DNA of 64,000 nucleotides, taken from Candidatus Latescibacterota bacterium. GTDB taxonomy: Bacteria; Latescibacterota; UBA2968; GCA-2709665. Shown in pieces: positions 10,915 to 20,627 of the stretch. The notes under the pieces are model-generated. The model worked only from the letters and a program-made list of their open reading frames with translations. It did no database searches and was not told the origin of the DNA. A program made the translations under genes and the position numbers. The DNA lies in assembly GCA_965208835.1 (NCBI GenBank), contig OZ242358.1, positions 352,001-416,000 on the forward strand. The letters are read 5' to 3'. The stretch's first letter is position 1; every line of letters starts with the position of its first letter.

Positions 10915-13875
10915 ATGGTGCGCGTGATTCTGTTTTGCTGGCTGGTGCTGGGGTGCGGGACGGTCTGGTCCCAGCCCATTGGCTATATTGAAGGGACGGT
11001 CAAAGGGGAAAGTGGCGAGACCCTGCCAGGTGCAAATGTCGTCGTTACGGGCGTGGACGTCGAGGAGCGTACACGGGCTGCCACAGGCGACGAGGGCCGG
11101 TTCAGATTTGCCGTTCCGGCGGGGAATTACCGGATCGAGATCACATTCATCGGGTATAAGTTCAGAATTCTCGATGACGTCTCGGTTCGGCAAGGCCAAT
11201 CCACCAGGCTGGACGTGATCCTCAAGGAGCAGGTTATTTTTCTGGAGAAGAGCGTGGTCTCCGCTTCCCGCCGCAGGGAAAAGATCCTGGACGCTCCCGC
11301 CTCCGTCTCCGTGGTCGAGACCGCCGACATCCGCAACAACCCCTCGATGAACGTGGCCGACCACGTAAAGAACCTGCCGTCGGTTGACTTCGCGAAGACC
11401 GGACTGGCAAACAGCAGCATCGTGGTGCGCGGCTTCAACAGCGTCTTCACCGGCACCCTGCTCATGATGACGGACAACCGGCTTGCCAGGGTGCCGTCCG
11501 TGCGGGTCAACGCCCCGAATTTCATTCCCATTACAAGCGATGACGTGGAACGAATCGAGGTGGTTCTGGGTCCTGGATCGGCGCTCTACGGGCCCAACAG
11601 TGCGGACGGTGTGATGCACATCATCACCCATTCGCCCTTTACGTCGCAGGGTACGAGTGCGCACTTCGGATACGGAGAGCGCAACCTGCGTCAGGCCTCG
11701 ATTCGCCACGCGGGCAAGGTCGGGGACCGGGTGGGCTACAAGGTTTCCGCCCGGTACTATACAGGGACCGAGTGGGAATATGTCGATCCGGAGGAGGTGA
11801 GGGCCCGAGAACGCCGGGAGGAGCAGATTGCCTCGGGTCTGAACCTGCCGTCTCTTCCGCTTCGCAACCCCGAAACCAACAATCTCGGGCTGGAAGCGCG
11901 TCTGGACTGGCGCGCCTCCGACAACTTCACCGCTATTTTTTCATCGGGACACAACAAGGCGGACCTGGTCGGGCTGACCGGCGTGGGGGCCTCCCAGACG
12001 AGAGACTGGCAATATAACTACGCTCAGATGCGCGTGCTGTACGGCGACTGGTTTGTACAGGCCTTCCGCAACTGGACCGATTCCGGAGGGACTTTCCTGC
12101 TGCGTACGGGCGATCCCGTGGTCGACAAGTCCTCCCTCACGGTGTTCCAGGCGCAACACGTATCGAAACTGGGTGCCCGCCAGCGGTTCACGTATGGCCT
12201 GGATGCACTGTTTACGCGGCCGGATACCGAAGAAACCGTCATGGGCAGGAACGAGGATGACGACGACCTGAACGAGTTCGGGGTCTACCTGCAGAGTGAA
12301 ACTTCCCTTTCCGCGATGGTTGACCTCGTGCTTGCCCTGCGCTACGACTACCACAGCCGCCTCGTGGACCCCGAGTTCTCGCCCAGGGCCGCGCTGGTTT
12401 TGAAGCCGAAGCCGACCCAGACGTGGCGTCTGACGTACAACCGGGCTTTCACCACGCCCACCTCGAACAATCTGTATCTCGATCTGCTGGCCACCAGAGA
12501 CCCCTTCGGGTTCAGCGGAATCTTCTCGCCGATGTTCACGGCACGCGGTCTGACGTTCGACCCGATCGATCTCTGGACCCAGGGCAACTACCAGGACAAC
12601 GACTTCGGCTTCACATTCCGGCGGGAAGGCGGACGGCCCCTCTTCCGCTCGCCGTTTGCCCCCATGGCCGGCCTGCCGGCCGATCAGTATCTGCGACTGG
12701 ACGATCCGGAATTTACCAACGTGATGTGGGGTATCGGCAGGGAGGTGGTGCTCGAACAGCTGCTGCCGACGGTAAAGGAAATGGCCGTCGACATCCTGAT
12801 CCAACAGGGCATGGGCGCCGAAGAAGCCCGGAATCTCGCAAACGGACTGGCTGAAGCCTTTCCCGGTATCGTTCCCGAGCGATTGGCGGGCCTTCGCAAC
12901 GTCATGGGCCGGCTGAACATCGCAACGCCGCCGCTGGGCGAAAATCCGGAAGATATCCAACAGCCGTTTTTCTTTCTGGAGTCGGACGGCGCGACTCCGG
13001 TGACGGCCTACGACGTCCCGCGCATCCAGTCCGCGATTACCAGGACGATCGAGTTGGGCTACAAGGGCGTCATTGCGGACAGACTCATCGTGGCCGCGGA
13101 CCTGTATCAGTCCAGGATTGAAAATTACGTGGGTTCGGTTTCGGTGGAAACCCCCAACGTGTTTCTCGAACCGGAGAGTCTGGCCGAGGCTCTGAACCAC
13201 GGATTCGAAGAGACGCTGTCCGATCCGTCGAACGCCGTGCTCGCCGCCGGTCTCCAGCTGATTGACAACGTGCAGGTGCCGGGGCTCCTGGAGGGCAACC
13301 GGAACGGTTCTCCGGTGGATGAACTGACCGCCATCTTCGTGGCCGGTGCCGCGGCGATTCCATACGGAACGGTGTCGCCGGAACAGGCGACCGATCCCTA
13401 CGCGATGGTGTTGACCTACCGCAACTATGAAGATATCACCATCCGCGGCCTGGACCTGGGCCTGGCCTGGTATCCAACGGCGCAATGGAGACTGACCGGC
13501 AACTATTCGTACGTGAGCAAGAACTTCTTCAAGAACCTGAAATACACGCACGTCCCGGGCGTTGGCGATATCACATTGAATTCGCCCCGGCACAAATTCA
13601 AGCTGGGGGCGTCGTACGACTTTACCGGATTGGGCCTGTCGGTCGGCAGCGCGCTCCGATTCACCGATTCCTTTCCCATGCAATCGGGGGTGTACGTGGG
13701 CGACGTGGATGCCTATACGGTTGTCGACATGTCGCTGAAATACCGGTTGCCCGTTGAGCGGGAAGTGGACCTGCATCTGGACGCGAGCAATCTACTCAAT
13801 ACACGCTATCGTTCATTCATCGGGGCCCCGGAAGTGGGCCGCCTCGTCTTCAGCCAGGTCAGCATGAGGTTCTGA
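10915..13875 (+). CDS. TonB-dependent receptor with N-terminal carboxypeptidase-regulatory-like domain
   Basis: Signal peptide; GETLPGANV domain; plug motif IERIEVVLGPGSALYG..A.GV; C-terminal NLLN..Y..GR...F. Confidence 0.9.
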   Translation: MVRVILFCWLVLGCGTVWSQPIGYIEGTVKGESGETLPGANVVVTGVDVEERTRAATGDEGRFRFAVPAGNYRIEITFIGYKFRILDDVSVRQGQSTRLDVILKEQVIFLEKSVVSASRRREKILDAPASVSVVETADIRNNPSMNVADHVKNLPSVDFAKTGLANSSIVVRGFNSVFTGTLLMMTDNRLARVPSVRVNAPNFIPITSDDVERIEVVLGPGSALYGPNSADGVMHIITHSPFTSQGTSAHFGYGERNLRQASIRHAGKVGDRVGYKVSARYYTGTEWEYVDPEEVRARERREEQIASGLNLPSLPLRNPETNNLGLEARLDWRASDNFTAIFSSGHNKADLVGLTGVGASQTRDWQYNYAQMRVLYGDWFVQAFRNWTDSGGTFLLRTGDPVVDKSSLTVFQAQHVSKLGARQRFTYGLDALFTRPDTEETVMGRNEDDDDLNEFGVYLQSETSLSAMVDLVLALRYDYHSRLVDPEFSPRAALVLKPKPTQTWRLTYNRAFTTPTSNNLYLDLLATRDPFGFSGIFSPMFTARGLTFDPIDLWTQGNYQDNDFGFTFRREGGRPLFRSPFAPMAGLPADQYLRLDDPEFTNVMWGIGREVVLEQLLPTVKEMAVDILIQQGMGAEEARNLANGLAEAFPGIVPERLAGLRNVMGRLNIATPPLGENPEDIQQPFFFLESDGATPVTAYDVPRIQSAITRTIELGYKGVIADRLIVAADLYQSRIENYVGSVSVETPNVFLEPESLAEALNHGFEETLSDPSNAVLAAGLQLIDNVQVPGLLEGNRNGSPVDELTAIFVAGAAAIPYGTVSPEQATDPYAMVLTYRNYEDITIRGLDLGLAWYPTAQWRLTGNYSYVSKNFFKNLKYTHVPGVGDITLNSPRHKFKLGASYDFTGLGLSVGSALRFTDSFPMQSGVYVGDVDAYTVVDMSLKYRLPVEREVDLHLDASNLLNTRYRSFIGAPEVGRLVFSQVSMRF

Positions 13876-13891
13876 TGAAGCCGCAGGATGA

Positions 13892-13931
13892 CAAAAGAGG
13901 GGGTGCGGCGACTGCTGCACCCCCTCTTTTG
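13892..13931. terminator. Strong hairpin, probable intrinsic terminator
   Basis: CAAAAGAGGGGGTGCGGC-gact-GCTGCACCCCCTCTTTTG just after the receptor stop codon. Confidence 0.65.
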
Positions 13932-13951
13932 CAAGGCAGAGGTCTGCGAAT

Positions 13952-14944
13952 ATGTCTGGCAACGGGACATCGGCGGAGCATTCGAAAGAGACGCGTGACG
14001 ATGGGGCGTCCGTCCGTAACATGGCCGGATCACTGGACCGGGCGAAGGGGGCGCTGGTGGGGCTGGCGCTGGGGGATGCGCTCGGTACGACGCTCGAATT
14101 CTCCGGGCGGGACACCAGGCCGCCGGTTACCGAGATCGTTGGTGGAGGTCCATTCGGCCTGGCCGCCGGGGAATGGACCGACGATACGAGCATGGCCCTG
14201 TGCCTCGCCGAGTCGCTGCTGGAACGGGGTCGGCTGGACGTTCACGACCTGACGGTACGGTTCCTCCGGTGGCGCGATGAAGGACACAACTCGGTCACGG
14301 GCGTGTGTTTCGATATCGGCAATGCCACTGACGGCGCACTCCGGTCTTTTCGGGAAACCGGCGAGCCGCTGAGCGGCAGCTCCAATCCCCGGACCGCAGG
14401 AAACGGTTCGCTGATGCGACTCTCGCCGGTGGCGATCCGCTGGTGGCGCGACCGGTCCAAAGCAACGGCGGCCGCCCGGCTGCAGAGTCGAACCACCCAC
14501 GGCGCCCCTCAGGCGGTGGAGGCGTGTGCGCTCTTTGTCGAACTGCTGATCGAGGCGATCGCCGGTGCGCCGAAGGAGACCGTCCTGCGCGGCAGGGGCT
14601 GGACCGGCGACGCGCTGATCGCCGACGTGGCCGTCGGTTCATGGCGCGCAAAAGAGCGCGACGCCATCTCCTCTTCGGGATACGTCCTGCACACGCTCGA
14701 AGCGGCGCTGTGGTGCGTGGACAGGTCGGAGTCCATCGAGGATGCCCTGATTCTGGCCGCCAATCTCGCTGATGACGCCGATACCGTGGCCGCGGTCACG
14801 GGACAGCTCGCCGGCGCCCTGTGGGGCATGTCGGGCGCCCCCGCCGCATGGCTCGACAAACTGGCCTGGCGCGACCGCCTGGACGCGCTCGCCGCCGACC
14901 TGTTCGAGGCCGCCAACAGCGAGCTGGCCGGTCCCGCGGCGTGA
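13952..14944 (+). CDS. ADP-ribosylglycohydrolase (DraG family)
   Basis: GLALGDALG, WTDDTSM, AGNGSLMR, THG and DADTVAAVTGQLAGA motifs. Confidence 0.92.
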   Translation: MSGNGTSAEHSKETRDDGASVRNMAGSLDRAKGALVGLALGDALGTTLEFSGRDTRPPVTEIVGGGPFGLAAGEWTDDTSMALCLAESLLERGRLDVHDLTVRFLRWRDEGHNSVTGVCFDIGNATDGALRSFRETGEPLSGSSNPRTAGNGSLMRLSPVAIRWWRDRSKATAAARLQSRTTHGAPQAVEACALFVELLIEAIAGAPKETVLRGRGWTGDALIADVAVGSWRAKERDAISSSGYVLHTLEAALWCVDRSESIEDALILAANLADDADTVAAVTGQLAGALWGMSGAPAAWLDKLAWRDRLDALAADLFEAANSELAGPAA

Positions 14945-15140
14945 AATGCGATTGCCGGTTTTGCGTTCGCAACGAAAAAAGCCGCGATCCACCTCCTGGT
15001 GAACCGCGGCCATCGCCACACCCTCATGCACACATCATCCGGTGGCGGACGCACGGTTCCCGCTGCGCAAAACCACCAGCGCTTAAGGGAAATCGCCACG
15101 CTACCGAACAAACACCTCGAATGCCGCCCCATGAATATCC

Positions 15141-16217
15141 TCACGATCCGGATTCCTTCCGTTCGTCTCTGCGCATCCGGTCCCGCGCTTTCCTTGAGAT
15201 GCGGTTCCAGACGCCCGTAAGCCCCATCGCCTTCTTCATTTCCTTTAACGTCTCATCTGCGACCACCTGGACGCGCTGCGTTCCCTCGTACAGTACCTTT
15301 TCCACGTACCCCGAATCCGCTTCAAAATGCGCCCTTCGCTCCCGGATCGGATCGAGAAACTCGTTCAGCGCCCGGGTGAGCTTTTCCTTCACCTCCACGT
15401 CGCCGACCGTCCCCTCGCGGTACCTCGACTTCAGGTCAGCCACTTCCGCCTCGTCCGGATTGAACGCGTCGTGGTAGACGAATACGGGGTTCCCTTCCAC
15501 CCTGCCGGGTATGTCGGCTCTGACCCGGTTGGGATCGGTAAACATCCCCCGCACCTTCCTCTTCACGGTCTGCGCGTCGTCGGACAGAAAAATCGCATTG
15601 TCCAGGCTCTTGCTCATCTTGGCCTGGCCGTCCGTACCCACCAGAACGGGGACCTCGCCGATCAGCGCGTCCGGAATCGGGAAGACCTCTCCGTAATAGC
15701 TGTTGAACCGGCGGGCGATTTCTCGGGTGACCTCCACGTGAGCGAGATTGTCCTTTCCCACGGGAACCAGGTGCGCCCTGGGCGTCAAGATATCCGCGGC
15801 CTGCAAGATGGGATAACCGACCAGCCCGAACGGGATCGCCTCTTCGTCCAGCCTGGCTGCGCGCGCCATATCCTTGATGCTGGGCAGCCGCGCCACTCTG
15901 GGTAGGGTCACCAGCATCTCGAAAAACAGGTTCATTTCGTATACCGCGTGGATGGCGGACTGGAGATAGACGGTCGACCTGGACGGATCGATGCCCACCG
16001 CCAGATAGTCCAGCAGCATCTCCCGCACGTTCTCACGCAGGGCGTGGATGTGTTCCTTCTGCGGCCGGGTCGTAAGCATGTGCAGGTCCGCCACCAGGAA
16101 AAAGCACTCGTATTCGTCCTGCAGCCGTACCCGGTTCTTCAACGAGCCGACGTAATGTCCCAGGTGCATCTTCCCGGTGGGCCGGTCGCCCGTGAGGATC
16201 CGTTTCCGTTCATCCAT
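15141..16217 (-). CDS. trpS: Tryptophan--tRNA ligase
   Basis: TGDRPTGKMHLGHYVG (HIGH-like), YPILQAADI and KMSKS motifs. Confidence 0.97.
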   Translation of the reverse strand: MDERKRILTGDRPTGKMHLGHYVGSLKNRVRLQDEYECFFLVADLHMLTTRPQKEHIHALRENVREMLLDYLAVGIDPSRSTVYLQSAIHAVYEMNLFFEMLVTLPRVARLPSIKDMARAARLDEEAIPFGLVGYPILQAADILTPRAHLVPVGKDNLAHVEVTREIARRFNSYYGEVFPIPDALIGEVPVLVGTDGQAKMSKSLDNAIFLSDDAQTVKRKVRGMFTDPNRVRADIPGRVEGNPVFVYHDAFNPDEAEVADLKSRYREGTVGDVEVKEKLTRALNEFLDPIRERRAHFEADSGYVEKVLYEGTQRVQVVADETLKEMKKAMGLTGVWNRISRKARDRMRRDERKESGS

Positions 16218-16392
16218 CTATATTCCCTCCTCGGACGCTGTCTTAAAATTCCCAGCGGTCTTCGCGCGGCTGCAAAAGCGCCGGTCGGCGTTGGTCAAAC
16301 CCGCCCGTATAGACAAATATGGGCGGATTCTCCCGCCTTGACCGCCACTTTTTCGCTCGCGCTCGGGAACTCACCGGTAATTTTAAGACAGC

Positions 16393-16425
16393 TAAAAAAA
16401 ATCCCCGCCGTAGGCCGGCAGGGAC
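16393..16425 (-). terminator. Attenuator terminator upstream of trpS
   Basis: Minus strand GTCCCTGCCG-gccta-CGGCGGGGAT followed by a T run. Confidence 0.85.
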
Positions 16426-16454
16426 GTTGATCTTAAAAAATCCGAATCTCAAAT

Positions 16455-16532
16455 TCAGCACGCAGTCAGCCGGCCGGTACGATTGAAGTCGTACCACCAC
16501 CAGCTTCCGGAATGTCCGTCGCGCGCGGCCAT
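16455..16532 (-). CDS. Trp leader peptide MAARDGHSGSWWWYDFNRTGRLTAC (25 aa)
   Basis: AAAGGA RBS, ATG, three consecutive TGG codons, TGA; lies between a sigma70-like promoter and a terminator upstream of trpS. Confidence 0.88.
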   Translation of the reverse strand: MAARDGHSGSWWWYDFNRTGRLTAC

Positions 16533-16571
16533 CTCGTTTTTCCTTTAAACAGGGTTCTCTGGGACCGGTCA

Positions 16572-16600
16572 ACGATATCGAATTCTCAATATCCTGTCAA
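16572..16600 (-). promoter_or_regulatory. Sigma70-like promoter for the leader/trpS transcript
   Basis: TTGACA-N17-TATCGT on the minus strand. Confidence 0.7.
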
Positions 16601-16651
16601 GCGAATTCTTCTATTTCCGGTCTTTCAACACGCGATGCGCCTGAGAGACGC

Positions 16652-17644
16652 CTATGTCGCATTCTTCAACGATTCCGCCATTTCGACGGCAAAGTAGGTC
16701 AGGATCATATCTGCGCCGGCCCGCTTGATGGACGTAAGCGTTTCGACCATCGCGCGCTCCTTCTCCACCCAGCCGCGCTCCGAAGCCGCAAGGACCATCC
16801 CGTATTCGCCGGAAACGTTGTAGGCCGCGATGGGCGTTTCGAAGCTCTGCCTCGCGCTCGCGATGACGTCCAGGTACGGCAGTGCGGGCTTCACCATCAC
16901 CACGTCGGCCCCTTCCTCGATATCCAGCGCGATCTCCTTCATCGCTTCCCGGATATTGGCAGGATCCATCTGATACGTCTTCTTGTCCTCGGGGACACCC
17001 CGCGCCTTTACCGGCTCGGACTTGAGCGCTCCACGGAACGGCCCGTAAAAGCAAGATGCATATTTGGCGGAATAGGCCATGATGCCGACGTTGCTGAACC
17101 CCTGGTCGTCCAGCGCCACCCTGATGGCGCCAATCCGTCCGTCCATCATGTCAGACGGGGTGACCCAGTCCACGCCCGCCTCGGCGTGAGAAAGCGACAT
17201 CTTGCACAGCACCTCGACGCTCTCGTCGTTCGCGACCTCGCCGTCGATCAGCAGGCCGTCGTGTCCGTGCGTGGTATAGGGATCCAGCGCCACGTCCGTC
17301 TGCACGCAGAGGTCGGGAAGCGCCGCCTTGAGTGCCCGGACCGCCCTCTGGATCAATCCGTCCTGTGCGTACGCCATTGTTGCGCGCTCGTCCTTTTCCT
17401 CCGAATAGCCGAACAGATTGACGCCGCAGATGCCGAGGCCGTACACCGTCTCGCACTCACGCACGAGTTCGTCGACCGAAAACCGGAACTGGCCGGGCAT
17501 CGAATCGATGGGTTCCCGCACGTTGGCGCCTTCCGTCACGAACATCGGATAGATCAGGTCCCCCACGTTCAGCACGGTTTCCCTCGTCAGCGTCCTTATG
17601 GGTTCCGTACGCCTCAACCGCCGGGGCCGGTAGGTCAGTTCCAT
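16652..17644 (-). CDS. hemB: Porphobilinogen synthase
   Basis: RPRRLR, DVALDPYTTHGHDG (Asp-type rather than Cys/Zn-type site), SDMMDGR, YSAKYAS, YQMDP and MVKP motifs. Confidence 0.97.
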   Translation of the reverse strand: MELTYRPRRLRRTEPIRTLTRETVLNVGDLIYPMFVTEGANVREPIDSMPGQFRFSVDELVRECETVYGLGICGVNLFGYSEEKDERATMAYAQDGLIQRAVRALKAALPDLCVQTDVALDPYTTHGHDGLLIDGEVANDESVEVLCKMSLSHAEAGVDWVTPSDMMDGRIGAIRVALDDQGFSNVGIMAYSAKYASCFYGPFRGALKSEPVKARGVPEDKKTYQMDPANIREAMKEIALDIEEGADVVMVKPALPYLDVIASARQSFETPIAAYNVSGEYGMVLAASERGWVEKERAMVETLTSIKRAGADMILTYFAVEMAESLKNAT

Positions 17645-17668
17645 ATTGCCTCTCTAATGCAAAAACCC

Positions 17669-17787
17669 AAACCGACCGGGATTAAGCAGGATTAGAAACA
17701 AAGAGCAGGGACAGAACCAATCAGGATTAAGCAGGATTAAAAGCAAAGAGCAAAATCAAAACCGACCGGGATTAAGCAGGATTAGAA
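17669..17787 (+). repeat. Short direct repeats, core GGATTAAGCAGGATTA x3
   Basis: AAACCGACCGGGATTAAGCAGGATTAGAA at 17669 and 17759, partial copy near 17723. Confidence 0.8.
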
Positions 17788-17951
17788 TCCAGGAACGAGA
17801 AAAGAAAAATACGGCGCGCAATGCCGATCCGCGCATAATCAGAATGTACCCTCCATAGACGCATTGTCAACCCCTTCGTTATTTGGAGACGCGGCAAAGG
17901 GCGTCTGCCAGGCGAAGAAAAACCCAGCAAATAATCACGTCCCATTGCCGT

Positions 17952-17976
17952 GTAGGGGCGTCCCTTGTGGGCGCCC
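17952..17976 (+). repeat. GTAG-type REP palindrome (others at 32315-32340, 36461-36485, 38761-38785)
   Basis: GTAGGGGCG/A-hairpin consensus, e.g. GTAGGGGCAACCCTTGTGGTTGCCC. Confidence 0.75.
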
Positions 17977-18161
17977 GCATTCCTGCCGCCGTCGCCCGTA
18001 CGAAAATGGCCTTTTCGCTGAAATGTGACGGCAGTAAATTGGATGCCAGGTGATGGACGACGCCGCAGGCTTTTCTCTCGACTACATTCCAGTAGAACGA
18101 GAACGAGCAGGGCAGACAGGAATGTCCGCCCCACCTTCACATAAACGGAGTGGAGCCATAA

Positions 18162-20489
18162 ATGGACCTCGCGAAGTTTGAGGACGATACGATAAACTCG
18201 GAACAGCTTCTTGTGGAATCCGAGCACGAAGAGAACGTCGATCTACCCGTTGACGCCGGGGACTGGCGGCGGGTGAACGAAGTTCGCGCTGAGGTGTATC
18301 TGCCTCCTGGCGCAAACGGTCTGCTCTGGTGCCGGTTGACGTCGGGCCATCGCACCGAGGGCATGAGCGAAGACGATGGCTATCTGTTCCACGCCATCGT
18401 CTCCCCGCGCGGCGGGAACCTCTGGGAGGGCTGGCGGGAATTTCGGTTTCCCGCGGAGTGTTTCTATACGCAGGGGATTCCTTCAGGTTGGAAAGAGACG
18501 CGATCGGCAACGCTGACCGGCCCGCAGGGCAGCCGGTTTCGCAACATTCGCCTGGTAGAGAGAGACGTGACGCCCGGTCCGCGTATGACGGATGAAGCCT
18601 TCATCGCCACACTGGACCCGGACCACCCCGGCCTGAAAATGCTGAAGGACTTGCCGGACGGATCCCTTCTGACGGAAGTCGCGAGGTATTTCCGGTCCAG
18701 CGGCTTCGACCGGGAACTGGTCCCGAGTGAACGGGAGCCGAATGCCGATCCCGATCAGGCCGACCGGGTCCTGGAAGGCAGGGTCCTGGGGCAGGACTGG
18801 TCGGCGGCTATCGACTGGGAGGCCAATCCAACGGGCTATATCGAATGGACGCTCGCCATCCACTATCTCCTGTTCCTGAGGCCTGCGATCGACGCGTACT
18901 GGGAAACCGGAGACGCAAAATATGCCAAGGGCATCGAGCGATACATCGCGGACTGGATGCGGCGCTGCCCGGTTCCCTACGGCGTTCGCGCCGGAGGATA
19001 CCCGTGGGGCCATTCGCTGGTGGTGGCCATCCGGCCATTCAGCACACTCGTGGACGTGTTCCGCGTGCTCTGCGCGTGTCCGGAGACCGATGACGCCACG
19101 ATCATCGACATGCTCAAGTCCATCTACGAGCATCAGGCCTGTCTGCTGCGTTTCCAGTCCTTCCCGCCCTCGAACAAGACCATTGCCGAGGCACGGACCA
19201 TTGCCGCGCTGGGCTGCGCTTTCCCCGAATTCAGAGACGCCGCAGGCTGGCGGGAAGAAGGCTATCGCCGGCTGCTGGACGACATGCGCGTGCAGGTGAT
19301 GCCGGACGGGGCGTCGTATGAACTCACGCCCGGTTACCAGATGAGCATTGCCACGTGGTTCCTCGAATCGTTTCAGGTTGCGCGAAAGTTCAACCATCCG
19401 CTCGACCCAGAACTGGAGGCGGGCATTCGATCTATGTTCGACTGGTGCGTGGCCATCACCCGCCCGGACTTCACCCGGCCCTCCGTCTCCGACGCCGGAA
19501 GCATGGACTCGAAGTATGACGATGCCCTGGCGCACCCGGGGCGCGTACTCGACAACCCGGCCGCGGTGTGGGTGGGCACCGGGGGCCGTGAGGGCGCGCC
19601 GCCGGAATATGAATCGATCGGCCTGCGCGACTCGGGCTATTTCATCATGAGGAGCGGCTGGGACCGGGACGCGCGATATCTCTTCTTCGAGGGGGGCCCT
19701 TACGGCCGCTGGCACCAGCACGAAGACAAACTCAGCTTTGAAGTCTATGCCTATGGCACGCCCTTTATCGTGGATCCCGGCATCACGTCGTACTACACCA
19801 ACCCCTGGACCCGGTTCTATACGACCACGCAGGCCCACAATACCGTCCTTGTGGACGGCCGGCCGCAGGCCCGGGGCCGCAATCAGACCATCGAACAGTG
19901 GACCCGTTCCGCCCGCGATTCGACATTCTGGCATTCTGATGATGATTCCGACGTCGCCGCGGCGAGTTACGACGCGCCATACGCAGATCTGGATGTGGCG
20001 GTCCGGCATCGCCGCGCTGTGATTTTCGTCAAACCGGATTATTTCATGGTCTTCGATGAACTGACGGGCGACGGCAGCCATACGTACGAGGCATTGTTCC
20101 ACTTCATGCCGTTCCGTCTGCTGACGGATTCTGAAACCGGCGCCGTCCGAACCGGGCGTATGGATGCACCCAACCTGGAGTTGATTCCACTGACCCGGAT
20201 GACGCCCCGGCTGGTCTGCGGCCAAAACGACCCGGTCCAGGGCTGGCTGGCGGTTAGCGGGCAGGACGTGCCGGCGCCAGTGGCCATATACAGAAGAAGG
20301 ACGCGGCTCCCGTTCCGGACAGGGTACGTGATATATCCCTTCGGCACGGACCGCGTCACCGCGGGAATCACGACAGAAACCGTACGGCGCGCGAACGTGT
20401 GGTCCGTCAACGTCGACCACGCCGACGGAAGGCGGGACCGCGTGCGAATGGACTGGGATGACGAGGCAGGACCGGCGTTATTGCGGTGA
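18162..20489 (+). CDS. Heparinase II/III family polysaccharide lyase
   Basis: QVMPDGASYELTPGY, DSGYFIMRSGW, HQHEDKLSFE, DPG..Y and AHNTVLVDG motifs. Confidence 0.88.
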   Translation: MDLAKFEDDTINSEQLLVESEHEENVDLPVDAGDWRRVNEVRAEVYLPPGANGLLWCRLTSGHRTEGMSEDDGYLFHAIVSPRGGNLWEGWREFRFPAECFYTQGIPSGWKETRSATLTGPQGSRFRNIRLVERDVTPGPRMTDEAFIATLDPDHPGLKMLKDLPDGSLLTEVARYFRSSGFDRELVPSEREPNADPDQADRVLEGRVLGQDWSAAIDWEANPTGYIEWTLAIHYLLFLRPAIDAYWETGDAKYAKGIERYIADWMRRCPVPYGVRAGGYPWGHSLVVAIRPFSTLVDVFRVLCACPETDDATIIDMLKSIYEHQACLLRFQSFPPSNKTIAEARTIAALGCAFPEFRDAAGWREEGYRRLLDDMRVQVMPDGASYELTPGYQMSIATWFLESFQVARKFNHPLDPELEAGIRSMFDWCVAITRPDFTRPSVSDAGSMDSKYDDALAHPGRVLDNPAAVWVGTGGREGAPPEYESIGLRDSGYFIMRSGWDRDARYLFFEGGPYGRWHQHEDKLSFEVYAYGTPFIVDPGITSYYTNPWTRFYTTTQAHNTVLVDGRPQARGRNQTIEQWTRSARDSTFWHSDDDSDVAAASYDAPYADLDVAVRHRRAVIFVKPDYFMVFDELTGDGSHTYEALFHFMPFRLLTDSETGAVRTGRMDAPNLELIPLTRMTPRLVCGQNDPVQGWLAVSGQDVPAPVAIYRRRTRLPFRTGYVIYPFGTDRVTAGITTETVRRANVWSVNVDHADGRRDRVRMDWDDEAGPALLR

Positions 20490-20520
20490 CGCCTGTCACG
20501 TCAACGGTTTCAGAAAGCCG

Positions 20521-20556
20521 AAAAGGACGGGCACCACACGGTGTACCCGTCCTTTT
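20521..20556. terminator. Bidirectional terminator between convergent genes
   Basis: AAAAGGACGGGCACCAC-ACGGTGTACCCGTCCTTTT hairpin with A and T flanks. Confidence 0.7.
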
Positions 20557-20627
20557 CGATCTCAGACTATGTGTAAATCCGCGCCCAGTGTGTAAAGGCC
20601 TCAATTCTTCAGCGACAGCAGGGCGGA

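Noticed and set aside
10430-10915. Cobalamin or other riboswitch upstream of the TonB receptor
   Set aside because: No recognisable conserved boxes; the region is largely a MITE.
16220-16600. T-box riboswitch upstream of trpS
   Set aside because: No T-box consensus (GGTGGxACCGCG) seen; the leader-peptide model explains the region.
17669-17787. Possible mini-CRISPR array
   Set aside because: Only three imperfect repeats, low-complexity linkers that resemble each other, and no cas genes.
11941-20420. Long antisense ORFs (611 aa and 645 aa)
   Set aside because: Mirror frames of the TonB receptor and heparinase genes with no motifs of their own.
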